Positions 43,927 through 44,641 of a DNA stretch of 44,641 nt are shown here, one piece after another; the first letter of the stretch is position 1; the number at the start of each line of letters is the position of its first letter. Where the stretch lies: positions 30,818 through 75,458 of the forward strand of contig PNAZ01000162.1 of the NCBI GenBank assembly GCA_003169655.1, read 5' to 3'. The notes under the pieces were generated by a model that saw nothing but the letters and a program-made list of their open reading frames with translations, was not told the DNA's origin and searched no databases. The DNA is from Chloroflexota bacterium. GTDB taxonomy: Bacteria > Chloroflexota > Limnocylindria > Limnocylindrales > CSP1-4. The position numbers were made by a program, and so were the translations under genes.

Positions 43927-44547
43927 ATGCCAGTCGACCTCCGGATCGCACCGGTCGAGCTGCGGGGAACGCACGTCCGACTCGAGCCCATGAGCCCCGA
44001 TCATCTGGCCGGCCTGAGGGTGGCCGGCTCCGACCCGCGGATCTGGCGCTGGATGCCGCTCGACGGTTCGACGCCGGACGGGATGGCCGCGCTCGTCGAG
44101 GCGGCCCTCGCGGCCCAGGCGGCGGGCAGCGAGCTGCCCTTCGTCACGATCGAAGCGGCGACCGGCCGGGTGGTGGGCAGCACTCGCTACCTCGCTCTCG
44201 CCCCGGCCAACCTGCGCCTGGAGATCGGCTGGACCTGGATCGATCCGGCCTTCCAGCGCAGCGCCGTGAACAGCGAGGCCAAGCTGCTCGGCATGGGCCA
44301 CGCCTTCGAGACGCTCGGCATACGCCGGGTGGAGTTCAAGACGGACGCGCTGAACGAGCAGTCGAGGGCCGCGATCCTGGGCATCGGCGCCCAGTTCGAG
44401 GGCATCTTCCGCAAGCACATGGTGATGCCCGGCGGGCGAGCCCGCGACTCCGCCTACTACAGCGTGATCGACACCGAATGGCCCGACGTTCGAGCATACC
44501 TCCAGGCACGTCTGGCCCGTCATAGCCTCAAGGAGGGATCGCAATGA
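43927..44547 (+). CDS. GNAT-family N-acetyltransferase (RimJ/RimL-like)
   Basis: ATG 43927 (MPVDLRIAPVELRGTHVRLEPMSPDHL...). EIGWTWIDPAFQRSAVNSEAKLL and RVEFKTDALNEQSRAAI are typical of the Acetyltransf_3 type. Confidence 0.85.
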   Translation: MPVDLRIAPVELRGTHVRLEPMSPDHLAGLRVAGSDPRIWRWMPLDGSTPDGMAALVEAALAAQAAGSELPFVTIEAATGRVVGSTRYLALAPANLRLEIGWTWIDPAFQRSAVNSEAKLLGMGHAFETLGIRRVEFKTDALNEQSRAAILGIGAQFEGIFRKHMVMPGGRARDSAYYSVIDTEWPDVRAYLQARLARHSLKEGSQ

Positions 44548-44641
44548 TCGGATTCGCGACCGAGACGATCGGCACCGCGCTCGCCCTGTGGGTGACGACC
44601 CTGGTCTATTCGGATATCAGCTTCGGCAAGCATCCCGAGGT
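44544..44641 (+). CDS. 5' fragment of a hydrophobic (membrane) protein, runs off the window
   Basis: ATG 44544 overlaps the GNAT stop as ATGA. Reads MIGFATETIGTALALWVTTLVYSDISFGKHPE... Confidence 0.4.
   Translation, partial: MIGFATETIGTALALWVTTLVYSDISFGKHPE

Noticed and set aside
42393-44525. 710-aa plus-strand ORF
   Set aside because: It is antisense to the DUF885 gene (HEAVPGH motif) and then runs out of frame across the GNAT gene.
1-44641. CRISPR arrays, tRNA/rRNA genes, transposases, integrases, phage or defence-system genes
   Set aside because: I scanned all intergenic gaps longer than 75 nt (7966-8080, 15411-15535, 16325-16404, 22113-22189, 23372-23464, 28905-29045, 30583-30662, 31152-31320, 32823-32907, 37477-37634, 37767-37854). 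None has regularly spaced repeats, tRNA-like T-arm sequences or terminal inverted repeats. No ORF shows DDE, tyrosine-recombinase or nuclease-helicase hallmarks. The window looks like core or accessory metabolism, not a mobile or defence island.

Overview
This is high-GC (roughly 70% by eye), very gene-dense chromosomal DNA. It is most consistent with an Actinomycetota-type genome, or another high-GC Terrabacteria genome. I can support about 45 protein-coding genes. I found no rRNA, tRNA, CRISPR array, transposase, integrase or phage genes. Stop codons are rare at this GC content, so the six-frame track is full of long antisense or 5'-extended shadow ORFs. I trimmed starts using family N-termini, Shine-Dalgarno (SD) motifs and ATGA/GTGA coupling overlaps. 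The ORF track also uses GTG/TTG starts shown as M. Layout: (i) 175-7965 is a minus-strand operon: transaldolase, HprK-like P-loop protein, a three-subunit FAD/2Fe-2S/Mo hydroxylase (XDH/CoxMSL type) and a truncated PPDK-like dikinase. Divergent from it, 8081-10873 encodes an ABM monooxygenase-like protein, an orphan PEP-utilizer swivel-domain protein and a GntR/FadR regulator. (ii) 10895-28904 is an ~18 kb co-directional minus-strand array. In order: SDR, MBL hydrolase, Gfo/Idh/MocA oxidoreductase, xylose-isomerase-like TIM barrel, DeoC aldolase, SIS protein, a sugar ABC transporter (binding lipoprotein, ATPase, two permeases), ROK kinase, NagA and a creatininase-family hydrolase. These are followed by an ABM protein, a second Mo hydroxylase whose Mo subunit is split into two ORFs, and a cupin. 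(iii) 29046-32822 holds a small membrane protein, a GNAT, a divergent DHDPS-family protein, a membrane protein, a proline-racemase-family enzyme with a Ser/Cys catalytic pair, and an ACT protein. (iv) 32908-42172 is an alpha-glucan block: glgA, glgP, an atypical GntR regulator and a ~1090-aa GH13-like protein. Between glgP and the regulator sit small membrane-protein genes, including a 43-aa ORF missing from the track and an apparently frameshifted small gene. (v) 42075-44641 holds a DUF885 HExxH protein, a RimJ-type GNAT and a membrane-protein fragment. The best candidates for undescribed biology are: the phosphotransfer trio (PPDK-like, HprK-like and orphan swivel proteins) embedded with a Mo hydroxylase; a 12-13 bp AT-rich palindrome shared by the two large divergent promoter regions; the long sugar/amino-sugar operon with an unusual enzyme mix; and the split Mo subunit. 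All family calls come from motif recognition by eye, not from database searches.
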